DNA of 64,000 nucleotides from a virus (lineage: Duplodnaviria > Caudoviricetes), in IMG/VR virus record IMGVR_UViG_3300037067_026422, one strand, 5' to 3'. Shown one piece after another: positions 52,645 through 62,093 of this stretch. Each line of letters begins with the position of its first letter. Position 1 is the first letter of the stretch. Under the pieces are notes generated by a model, which saw nothing but the letters and a program-made list of their open reading frames with translations, was not told the DNA's origin and searched no databases. The position numbers and the translations under genes were made by a program.

Positions 52645-53649
52645 ATGGAATTCTCAAAAATATTTACACACGGCTGTCTTGTTGATCTTAACGTCAGCAT
52701 GTGGACTGCAAAAAAGAAACTGGATGCAGAAGATCTTGGCATCGAGGATACAGAAGTCAGCGCTGCTTTTTCTTTAGGCAACAAGATGCTTATACCCTAT
52801 GAAGTTATTCATGAGCTTAAGTCTTTAGAGAATGCGGCTCGACATATTTTGATTCAATTCAGTTTTCCCTGTGAGTTTGGGAATGCACGGTTTGTTCCCA
52901 AGAAAAGATTCGTGGAGTTCTCGGGAGTCATGGATGCAATCATTAAAAAGTTCAACTATAAAGCGGATGATCTCGCCAGAAACTATTTAACCTACCGCAT
53001 TGATATGCGTGAGGAATATTTATTGGCTGCGGGTGAAGCCTACGATCGCGCTAAAGCCCTTAACCCCGAGTTCGACCTACCAAGGGATACCTTCATCAAC
53101 ACGTTCCTGGAACGCATTGAAAAAGCGTATCCGGAAGAAGCTGATATCCGGGCAAAGTTCCGCATGGAATATATCGTGTTCCAGGTAGCTCTCCCGGATA
53201 TCTCCCAGGCAAGCTACGGGGATCTCATTGAGGATAGTGAAAAAATCAAACTCATGGAACAAGCTTATAGAACTTCCCTGAACAGGAAGGTTGAATCGTT
53301 CTTTGAAAAGATCACTGGAGATCTTCGGGGTAAAGCCTCTGCTACCCTTAAGCGATTTCTTGATAGACTTAATGGTAATTTTGATATCCGTAGCTCCTCC
53401 ATCGAATCAGTAATAAATATGATCGATGAATATGAGAAGATGAACTTCATAGGTGATAATACTTTCCTCAAGCACCTACAGATGTTCCGGATTAAATGTC
53501 TTAATTATAACTCGAAGATGTTGTCCTCCGACAAAGTAGTCAGGGAAACAGTGAAGCGAGAACTCAAAGCAATAATAGAGATCGCTACTGATCAAGCTTC
53601 TATCAATGAACTTGTATTAAGATACAAGCAGGGTATCGATATACTGTAA
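52645..53649 (+). CDS. DUF3150-like phage protein
   Basis: L.VS.WT..KKL...DLG......LG.K.LIP...FVP pattern; helical. Confidence 0.55.
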   Translation: MEFSKIFTHGCLVDLNVSMWTAKKKLDAEDLGIEDTEVSAAFSLGNKMLIPYEVIHELKSLENAARHILIQFSFPCEFGNARFVPKKRFVEFSGVMDAIIKKFNYKADDLARNYLTYRIDMREEYLLAAGEAYDRAKALNPEFDLPRDTFINTFLERIEKAYPEEADIRAKFRMEYIVFQVALPDISQASYGDLIEDSEKIKLMEQAYRTSLNRKVESFFEKITGDLRGKASATLKRFLDRLNGNFDIRSSSIESVINMIDEYEKMNFIGDNTFLKHLQMFRIKCLNYNSKMLSSDKVVRETVKRELKAIIEIATDQASINELVLRYKQGIDIL

Positions 53650-53670
53650 GTAAAAAAAAGGAGATGTCTT

Positions 53671-54582
53671 ATGTGGTCTTTTATCTACTTCGCAATAGCC
53701 ACGATCATTGTTTACCTGATCTTCAGAGCTATCAATAATCTGGTAGCAAAAAGGACAGCCCTCAAAGATACCAACATTGATACTGACCTCAGGGAGTTCA
53801 GGGAAAGCAAAGCTGTTGTCAATATCATCTCCAAAAGTCATTTAGGGTCCCATGACAGCCCTGTACGCATGTACGAACGTATGTGTATATTGGATCCCGT
53901 CCAGTATAATAAGGATCCCCGGATCCCGGGCATCATTGCATCTTATCAGGATATCATCTCCGGCAGAATAATAGATACAGATGGAAGTCACGTTCCATCT
54001 GAAGAACTGCTTAATGAGCACAACCCAGATTATGATGCATATATCGCCAATCAATATCGAGCACACAAGAATAACAAGGGTGTCTCTGTAGAGGCTTTTC
54101 AAACTGAGCATAAACGTATAGCTCGTGTAGCTAAAGAAGAAAATCTCAAAACGGAGTTCCTGGCTACTCTGATTGAAAAAGGTATCCCCGGCATCATTGC
54201 TGCATCAGCTCTTACTGAAGGAAAGCTTAATAGCTATACTGCAGAAGACTGGAATAAACTCTGTAAAGTTTTCTTTAGCTACCTTCAGGGGTATGATCAG
54301 GATATCGTGACATCCTTTGTTGAACTGTTTGATGAGAAAGAAATCATCTTCAATCAGCGCAAGTTTGAAATCTTTGAAGTGTTCTCCAGACACCAGGTCC
54401 CACAGGAAGTATCAGTGGAAATCGTACGGGATAATATCACCGTAAGCCAGGCTTTGCGGATGCTTTCTCTGGTTAATTCTTCTGGATATGAGTGGGATGA
54501 AGCCCTGTCAGAAGTTATAACTGAAGATATAGATAATGAAAAAGCTAATGAACTTCGTAAAAAGTACGGTTGGAAAAACTAA
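53671..54582 (+). CDS. Membrane-anchored hypothetical protein
   Basis: N-terminal transmembrane helix; AAGGAG RBS. Confidence 0.8.
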   Translation: MWSFIYFAIATIIVYLIFRAINNLVAKRTALKDTNIDTDLREFRESKAVVNIISKSHLGSHDSPVRMYERMCILDPVQYNKDPRIPGIIASYQDIISGRIIDTDGSHVPSEELLNEHNPDYDAYIANQYRAHKNNKGVSVEAFQTEHKRIARVAKEENLKTEFLATLIEKGIPGIIAASALTEGKLNSYTAEDWNKLCKVFFSYLQGYDQDIVTSFVELFDEKEIIFNQRKFEIFEVFSRHQVPQEVSVEIVRDNITVSQALRMLSLVNSSGYEWDEALSEVITEDIDNEKANELRKKYGWKN

Positions 54583-54909
54583 TCAAGGAGTGAAAAAATG
54601 GAACTCCTGGGAGGAATCTTTCTCATCGTTCTCTTTATCTTTGCCTGTAAAAAACTGAGAGGCTTTCTGTCAGCTTACGGCGAGGAGAAGGCACGAGAGA
54701 AGGAGCAGACTCAAAGACAGGTACAAGAAGTTCTGGATCTTCTTAGAAAAGATCCAGAGCAGGAAGAACCAATAGATCATAGAGAAAATCTTATCCGGGC
54801 TAACCGGGAACTAATTCAAAAGTGGAATACTGCTGCAGCTATCGAGAAGGAATTAGGGATTAATCTGTATGAGGACCCCAGTAAATAAAAATGATAGATG
54901 GAGGCTTTT

Positions 54910-55707
54910 ATGGCTATTCGTATAGTAGGTGATTTCTGGACTCTCGTAAAAAGTAATGATAGTCTTATCAAACGATGTTTCACCCATCTGTTCAGTATGT
55001 TCCCGGACACCAATGGTTACACATATAGTTTCAATAATGTTCTGGTACGGTTATATGAAATGCAGATATTTGAAAAGTTCACTCACGAGAAGCTCATCAT
55101 TGGCAAGCTCTCCGGGATGTACCGGAAAGCTGGACATAAAAAGGATGAAGCTCTTATGCTCGCCAAAGAAGAAATGGATCGGGAACATTATACAATTGAT
55201 AACGTCCGGGGTAAGGCTATTGATGTAGATAAAAAATGGGAGCAGTATATCTATACCTGGATACAAAAGATCATTAATGACGAGTATTGCAAAAATGGTA
55301 ACTACATGCGGAAATATCGTCACAATGAATCTATGATCGACTATGGTACACCAGCAGAAGAAAAAAGCTACTGGATAGAAAGTGAAGAAGAGATCATATC
55401 CTTCAAAGAAAACAATGCCAACTTCAAGGATGACCGTCGGGGCAAACTATTCCCCCCTTCTTTCAGTAATCGGGTCAGACCAAGTGAAGAAGAATTTGAT
55501 GCAGCTCTCGATACCCTTGAAGCACGAGATCTGCAGGAGAGTATCTGCAGTCGTCTTGAAGATAAGGAACAGAGAATATTCAAGCTTCTTACTGAAGAGG
55601 GTATGTCAGCAGAAGAAATCTCTGTAGCCATTGGATGCACTCCCCAGAATATTAACCGGATCATAAAGAAGATTCGTGGCGTCGCAGATCGTGTCTGCAA
55701 GGTATAA
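54910..55707 (+). CDS. Sigma-factor-like protein (sigma70 region 4 HTH)
   Basis: LEDKEQRIFKLLTEEGMSAEEISVAIGCTPQNINRIIKKIR; region-2-like WEQYIYTWIQKIIND. Confidence 0.7.
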   Translation: MAIRIVGDFWTLVKSNDSLIKRCFTHLFSMFPDTNGYTYSFNNVLVRLYEMQIFEKFTHEKLIIGKLSGMYRKAGHKKDEALMLAKEEMDREHYTIDNVRGKAIDVDKKWEQYIYTWIQKIINDEYCKNGNYMRKYRHNESMIDYGTPAEEKSYWIESEEEIISFKENNANFKDDRRGKLFPPSFSNRVRPSEEEFDAALDTLEARDLQESICSRLEDKEQRIFKLLTEEGMSAEEISVAIGCTPQNINRIIKKIRGVADRVCKV

Positions 55708-56137
55708 ATAAGAGCAAAGCCTACTACGCTCTTAAAAATGATTCAAGCAAGGATATCATGTTCTTATTTGGGATGCTTTAACTTTTACATAGGAGAGTTC
55801 TAATGAAAACTGGAGATGATGTTGTATTAAAAAAAGGTTACAACGTATCAATTAATTTTGGTGATATAGAATTTTGCATAGCTGAGGGTACCAATGGAGT
55901 AGTCCTGGAAGTTGAAAGTGTTACTCTGGGGGATAGTATACACCCGGCACAATCTTGTGTAGGATTTAAAATAACTGATACTATAGTGGTAAAGGCATTA
56001 ATTGATATAAATGCCCTGGAGGTAATATAAAAGTCTTGCTTATTTGGCTATCATAGAAATAGCATTATGGCTATGAACTTATTTTAATAGTTATATTATA
56101 TTACATTACCTCACCACCACACACAAGGAGTCTTATT

Positions 56138-56536
56138 ATGAATGTCCTTATCATCGATGATTGTAGCATTCTTAATGATTGCTGCTATGAGTTTCTTTGC
56201 CTTGCCAATCACACAGTCTATCAAGCCACTACCAAAAATTACAGGGAAGTTCTTGAACTACACCCGGATATAGAGGTAGTAACTATAAATATGGACCCCT
56301 GTGCCCCTGAAGAAACCAAAGCAATTCAGGAATATATTTCGGGGTTATTACCCCATGCACATTTCATTATCATCACCATAAATTATATGTGTAGCATTTT
56401 ATATGAGCTTATACAAAAAGGGTGTCAACCTCTTATACTTCCCTTTAATGATACCACTTTGATAGAATTAGTTGAACTTTCCACCAAAGGTACTGCCTCA
56501 GTAAAACAGACTAGTTATACCTTGGCAATACCATAA
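56138..56536 (+). CDS. Stand-alone CheY-like pseudo-receiver
   Basis: MNVLIIDD start and receiver-like pattern, but Asn at the usual phospho-Asp position (VVTIN) and LPF instead of KPF. Confidence 0.7.
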   Translation: MNVLIIDDCSILNDCCYEFLCLANHTVYQATTKNYREVLELHPDIEVVTINMDPCAPEETKAIQEYISGLLPHAHFIIITINYMCSILYELIQKGCQPLILPFNDTTLIELVELSTKGTASVKQTSYTLAIP

Positions 56537-57409
56537 GTTTATCAAAAAGAGAGAAGAAGTATATCTTCTCTCTTTTATTTTGTTATCTTAATTTATTTTA
56601 GTATATTATGCTGATATAAAATGGATATCTCTTTTGGGATATTTTTGAAAATTTCAATAGATGAGTTTGAGAAGCAACAACAAAAGCATAGTTTTATAAT
56701 TACACATTATATGCTTAACAAAAAATTCAGTACTAAATAACAAAAATAGGGAATCGAGAACCATAATGGATGAGATAACAAAAGAAATACTTGAAGCTCT
56801 CATAGCACAGGGATTTAATATAGCCTCCGAAAAACTTGCGGAGCAACCAGACAGAGACTCTAACTCGCCTCTTATTGGACCTATAGTTTTTGGTTTTGGG
56901 GATATCAGAAATTATGTCATGCCGCTATCCTGGGGAGATGATGAAGAAAAAGTAGCAGTAATCAGAGAAGCAGGGAAGACATGCTTTAAGAATAATTGTA
57001 AAAAAGCAGTAATGATTACAGAGTCAGCTATGAAACAGAGCTCACACCTACCAGAGGATCCCTCAGAAATGCCTTTGAGTTATCCCCCAAGTATGAGAGT
57101 TGACTGTTTGATATTATTCTATTTTGATTTCATATCCCCCATAAACAATACTCTCCGAATGTTCCCATTTAAGATCCTGAATAATAAACTCGTCCGGGAC
57201 CCTGAAACGGATTTGTCAAGCTTCGAGATGCAAAGCCCTCTCACAGGATATTTTCTTATGGGATTCACGGCTGCAGCTATGGTGGAGGAAATGTGTATTG
57301 GTGAGTTTATTACTCTTAATGAAGAAATAAATAAGGAATTGCTTAGTAGAGTTCTGATAAAATATCCGGGTGCTCTGGGTAATACATTAGATCCTCAGGA
57401 AGAAGTATC

Positions 57410-57753
57410 ATGAACATAATCCGGTCAACCAAACAAGTCCTTGAAAAGTTCACTTGTATTGGGTGCGACTCTGAACTTGAGGTGGGGACTGTGTAAACGG
57501 GCACCCATATGAAGCTTGGTTCAACTGCCCTGTGTGTAATAGAAAGAACTCCGTGGATGGGTTAAAGATGCCCCCGAAATGGAGAACCATTATTTATAGA
57601 GAGAAGACAGTACAAATGAATCTTGATTCACTTGTATCAAACGTTGCAAATGGTAACATAAATACCCCTTCTGCGGTAGTATTGGTCGTACTTATCATAG
57701 CTATCGCGGCAGTGCTCATTACAATAATTAATAATATTAAGGATATTATTTAA
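57410..57753 (+). pseudogene. Frameshifted zinc-ribbon ORF
   Basis: MNIIR...CIGCDSELEVG stops at 57496; CPVC continues in another frame after the G-run at 57484-57487. Confidence 0.4.
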
Positions 57754-58679
57754 AGAGCTTAAAGTAAAAATTAACAGAAAGAAAAAGATTATGCTTGGAT
57801 CTAATTTCGGTGAAAGTTTCAGAGAATATTTAAAGCACATGTTGGGTGGACAGAGTAATGATAGCTATGAACCTATAGCACCACTGTCTAAAGATGAACA
57901 GGTAGAATGGGAAAGCTTTAACGAAGCAGCCTTAAAACTTCGAGCTATGACACTGGATCTTGAAGCCAGGAAAAGATTGTTCTGGAGCTCGATGGAGCAT
58001 AAAACAGGTATCTACGATCGAAACCTCAAAATTGATAATGGTATGATTCTTGTTGAGAAAAAAGAAACTAACAAATGCCCATCCAAAAACAAGAATAATT
58101 CCATTCCAGGATTTTGTGATGGAAACTGCTCAGATTGTAGTATGGAACATGGGGAACAAGACGTTTGATGCTGCTTGAATCCCTGAATATATCCAGTGTG
58201 GAAAAACCAGGTAAAAGTCCGTGAGATACTATTCAGTTTTACCTTAAATAAATCGAACAGCATAAGTTATATATTTGTTGTTTTACTCATTATAAAAAAG
58301 TATATTAATAGGTACAGTTATACTTAAAAAAGGAGTAATGATGAGCGTTGATACAGCACATAAAAAACTTTGCTCACTTTTAAATAACAAGCCTATGAAT
58401 TTCAGAGGGCATTCTATTGATAAGAATTATGTGGTAACTCTTTTATCAATGATGCTCAGTAGGGGATTTGATTCTGAACAGGTTAAAATAAATGAAGAGC
58501 TACTTACTGAGGAGATCCTCAATAAGGTATTAGAAGGACGCTTTTTTTGGGTAACCTGTGAACATTGCGGTGAGCTTGTTAATTTTAACTTTGTTGGTGG
58601 AGACCTTATTATCATAAATAAGTGTAAATTCCCGGGAGGATTTCCTGAGAATATCCAAACGACTAAAATAGGAGTTTAG

Positions 58680-59642
58680 ATGAACGCCCAGGATATTAAT
58701 AAAAAAAGAGAGACATCGTCAATATTGATGTCGTTGGCTCAATCTACCGGGACTTGGCTTAATGGTAGTCTTCAGCCTCAGCATTATTATGTTCTCATGC
58801 AGATTAAAGATCCGGATGGGAAAATAGTGACTCAGGTCGCTCTCACCTATGAGCAGATGGCTCGTACTCTCTTATACAGCGGCCCTGTTGACTGTACTCT
58901 GCAGAGATATAGGAATGAGACCGGTAAACTCGTAGAGGAAGTTGTGCCACTTCCAAAAACTGTTAAAGAAAGAATGCACGATCGCCTTGAGGATGTTAAT
59001 AGTTCTTTGACTAAACGGTTAGAGGATGTCAAAAAAGATCTATATTTAATGGTCAATGGGCATACTAAACCGGGCAAAACCAACCTCGAAGAACTTATGA
59101 AAGAGATTGATACTATCCAGGCCCATTTTAAATCAAATCAGACATATGTAGCCCAGGAGACCGAAAAAGAACTGGCTGAAATGCAAAGTAATATGACAGG
59201 ACAGCTTGGATTGCTTCTTCAGACCCAAGCCGGACTGCAACTCCCGGGGCAAACCCTGACAAAGCTTCTGCCAGTCTCTGATGGCCCTCTACTTCTTGGG
59301 GAGCCTATAGAGCCAGTTATAGAGTCCTATGAGCTTAAAAACCGTCAGGAGATCCCTATAGATGATATGACTGCTATGGAAGTAGTAGATAAATTGCAGA
59401 AAAGATTGTCTGCGATCGAGAAAAAGATACCGCATACCAGTGCAGAGGAAACTATTCTGTATTTTGCCAGTGCTTCTCTTACCTCAAAAGGTAAGATTAG
59501 TATCCTGTACATCAGCTATCAATCCCCCTCGGTGATTGAGCTTGATCTGGCTAAGAAGTATCTGAAGTTCCTCCAGTCGATCAAGACTGCATCGGAGTTT
59601 AAGCAGCATAGTCATTTTGATGTGAAGAAAAATAATTCATAG
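58680..59642 (+). CDS. Hypothetical coiled-coil protein
   Basis: 320 aa; AGGAG RBS. Confidence 0.8.
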   Translation: MNAQDINKKRETSSILMSLAQSTGTWLNGSLQPQHYYVLMQIKDPDGKIVTQVALTYEQMARTLLYSGPVDCTLQRYRNETGKLVEEVVPLPKTVKERMHDRLEDVNSSLTKRLEDVKKDLYLMVNGHTKPGKTNLEELMKEIDTIQAHFKSNQTYVAQETEKELAEMQSNMTGQLGLLLQTQAGLQLPGQTLTKLLPVSDGPLLLGEPIEPVIESYELKNRQEIPIDDMTAMEVVDKLQKRLSAIEKKIPHTSAEETILYFASASLTSKGKISILYISYQSPSVIELDLAKKYLKFLQSIKTASEFKQHSHFDVKKNNS

Positions 59643-59706
59643 AGGTAATCTATCATGGATAAAGTATCAATATCTAAAAACGTTGACCTATATGAGGAGA
59701 CAATAA

Positions 59707-60027
59707 ATGAAACTGTTGAAGTGTAAAAGAAATCTTATTATTATAGCAATGATGATAGTAGCTTCTTGTACTAACATGACAAAGCCTACAGATCCTTGTG
59801 CGCCCTTTAAATACATGGGTATTAAAGTTTCAGTACCTTACCCAACAGCTAATGATGGTCACCCCGTATACAATGTCCTGATAGACTCTTGTGAATATAT
59901 CTTTGTCTATTATTCAAATGCTTCATGGGGAGCCCATAAAGGTAACTGTAAATATTGCTCCGCCAGAAGACTTAAAGAAACTGATTCCATGTTGACTATA
60001 AAATTAGAAGGGCTAAGCACTGATTAA
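59707..60027 (+). CDS. Putative lipoprotein (paralog of 42028..42324)
   Basis: VAS-C lipobox; IDSCEY...HKGNCKYC. Confidence 0.7.
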   Translation: MKLLKCKRNLIIIAMMIVASCTNMTKPTDPCAPFKYMGIKVSVPYPTANDGHPVYNVLIDSCEYIFVYYSNASWGAHKGNCKYCSARRLKETDSMLTIKLEGLSTD

Positions 60028-60100
60028 GGGAAATGCTTATCAAAGAAATCCCTCATAGACCATCGGGATATCTGGCTTTATAGAAAGCAGGTAATGCTTC

Positions 60101-60832
60101 ATGAGACTCTCCCGACTTAAAAAGATTAAGGTATCCAAAAAGATCTGGGATACACTTCCGGCTTTAATAAAACGAGGTAAGGTTGAATGGCAGTCTGATA
60201 CTCCTACCCGATTTTTGTGCAGCCCCGGATGTCGTAATTGTTGCGGTGGAACATTCTATACCCTGAGTGAGTTCAAGACTCTTCCTATGACTATCAAAGC
60301 GAAGCTTGTCCGTAGTGATGAAGTCTCTACTGTATTTCATATCGAAAAGATAAATGGGAAATGTGCCTTCTATATTCCCAATGAGGATCATACTGGTCTT
60401 ACACATGGCTGTTCGATTCATGGGCATGAACCTATGCGCTGTCGGATATTCCCGTATCTACCCATCCTCAGCCAAGACAGAATATTCATTACCTCTGAAA
60501 CATTCTGTAACGTCTATGACCTCGTAGGGGTAGAGAAATACCCCCATGACATCTGTTTTGGGTTGGGGAACGGGAAAAGAGGTCTTAAGACTATAGTGAT
60601 CAAGATGTGTCGGGAGTACCTGATGTCTTTGTATCAGGAGTATCCGGACCTTCTTAAAGAGATAATGTTTGAGGAACCTGTTAAACTCCTCCATAGAAAG
60701 TATATTAATATGCAGATCAACCGGAAGTATAAAACATATGAAGATGCTATCCCAGCACTACAGCATGCGGATAGCTTGAAATTTGGACGTCAGGTGCTTA
60801 ATCGCCTGGCAAAAATGCTTCAAATACAATAA
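60101..60832 (+). CDS. YkgJ-family cysteine-cluster protein
   Basis: CSPGCRNCC, GKCAFY, CSIH...P..CR.FP. Confidence 0.8.
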   Translation: MRLSRLKKIKVSKKIWDTLPALIKRGKVEWQSDTPTRFLCSPGCRNCCGGTFYTLSEFKTLPMTIKAKLVRSDEVSTVFHIEKINGKCAFYIPNEDHTGLTHGCSIHGHEPMRCRIFPYLPILSQDRIFITSETFCNVYDLVGVEKYPHDICFGLGNGKRGLKTIVIKMCREYLMSLYQEYPDLLKEIMFEEPVKLLHRKYINMQINRKYKTYEDAIPALQHADSLKFGRQVLNRLAKMLQIQ

Positions 60833-61084
60833 GACTGATAATGGCAAAGAAAAACTCATCCTCTATAAGCATAGCGATAACTTTTATATTGGATGATATA
60901 TCCTGAAGATATCAGGACTACTATATAATAACTGGAAGTTGTAAAAGAAAGATATGGCACATGACCTGTATCATCAAACCCGGAAAAATAACCAGCTACC
61001 GTGGAAGCCATAAAAATATAAAAGACATTGCTTAAACTATAGTACAGTTCTTTGTAAAATCTCATTCCTATAATTATATTATCA

Positions 61085-61180
61085 GTATTCACCGGCAGGT
61101 TTGTCGGGGAGAGCACGCTGAGGTGTCCCGTTAGGGAGCCTGTGATGCGTGAAATGTCTTGCGTGTGCTGGGAGCACTGA
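61085..61180 (+). ncRNA. Putative structured RNA with kink-turn and CRISPR anti-repeat
   Basis: Promoter TTGTAA-N17-TATATT at 61052-61080; hairpin CCGGCA/UGUCGG; box C/D-type k-turn at 61114-61151; 61157-61177 complementary to repeat nt 1-21. Confidence 0.6.
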
Positions 61181-61272
61181 TCATTGACAGTTTGGGGAGG
61201 TATCAATTTTTGGGTCATGATAATAACACATTACCTGGGGTAATTTTAAAAATTGCCCTACCAAATATTGGA

Positions 61273-61546
61273 GTGTTCCCTGCACACGCGGGGATGAACC
61301 GTTTACACATGAGATCCATACGACTAAGGTGCTGTGTTCCCTGCACACGCGGGGATGAACCGTATTATCCTGCGCATGTTCGCCCTCCATTCCGGTGTTC
61401 CCTGCACACGCGGGGATGAACCGATCTTACTTTAATCAAACAAAATAGGAGGATTGTGTTCCCTGCACACGCGGGGATGAACCGCCAACTTGAATCAGTT
61501 TTTATGTCTGTTCTTGGGTGTTCCCTGCACACGCGGGAATGAACTG
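61273..61546 (+). CRISPR. Type I-E mini CRISPR array, 5 repeats and 4 spacers, no cas genes in the window
   Basis: GTGTTCCCTGCACACGCGGGGATGAACCG at 61273, 61334, 61395 and 61456; degenerate terminal copy at 61518; spacers of 32, 32, 32 and 33 nt. Confidence 0.97.
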
Positions 61547-61673
61547 AAATTTAAACGGAATTTCTGACCTGGCTTGACAGGTATGATTTCATACAGGATC
61601 GGCTTTTAAACTTAATACTCCTTCTAAAATTTTTATTGTTTAACTGACTTTAAAAAAGTATATTGTTAAAGTC

Positions 61674-62057
61674 ATGAAAACACTACTCAACATAACATAT
61701 ACCGAAAGTGAGAGGAAACTCTTATACTCCTCTCTTGCCCCCGTAACGCAGCCCTGGCATCTGGCTACACTTAAAGAGGCGTGTGAACAACTTACTACAG
61801 GAGACAACTGTCCTGAACGAATCCTCATCTTCAGATCCCTGCCGGACTCAGTAGAAAAAGATCTTTTCAGTTATGAACCATATGGAGAAGCTAAAACCTT
61901 TGTAATATTTTTAAATAAGCAATATCTTGAATTTAACTTTTGGACCAGACACCTAAAAAATTTTCTGTTCCAGTCTAAACTATCAGAAATGCCTTTGTAT
62001 CTGAATATGTATTTTATGAATTATCTTGCAGCTTGGAGATTAAGAATAGCCAAGTAA
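61674..62057 (+). CDS. Tag-family protein
   Basis: Ends LSEMPLYLNMYFMNYLAAWRLRIAK; promoter at 61636-61664. Confidence 0.8.
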   Translation: MKTLLNITYTESERKLLYSSLAPVTQPWHLATLKEACEQLTTGDNCPERILIFRSLPDSVEKDLFSYEPYGEAKTFVIFLNKQYLEFNFWTRHLKNFLFQSKLSEMPLYLNMYFMNYLAAWRLRIAK

Positions 62058-62093
62058 TAAGTACCTGTATAAAGAAAGGGAGCACCCGTACGT

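Noticed and set aside
61135-61175. Group II intron domain V (GAGCC...GAAA)
   Set aside because: The D5 stem does not pair, and there is no D6 or reverse transcriptase.
61159-61419. ORFs overlapping the CRISPR array on both strands
   Set aside because: They are translations of repeats and leader, not credible genes.
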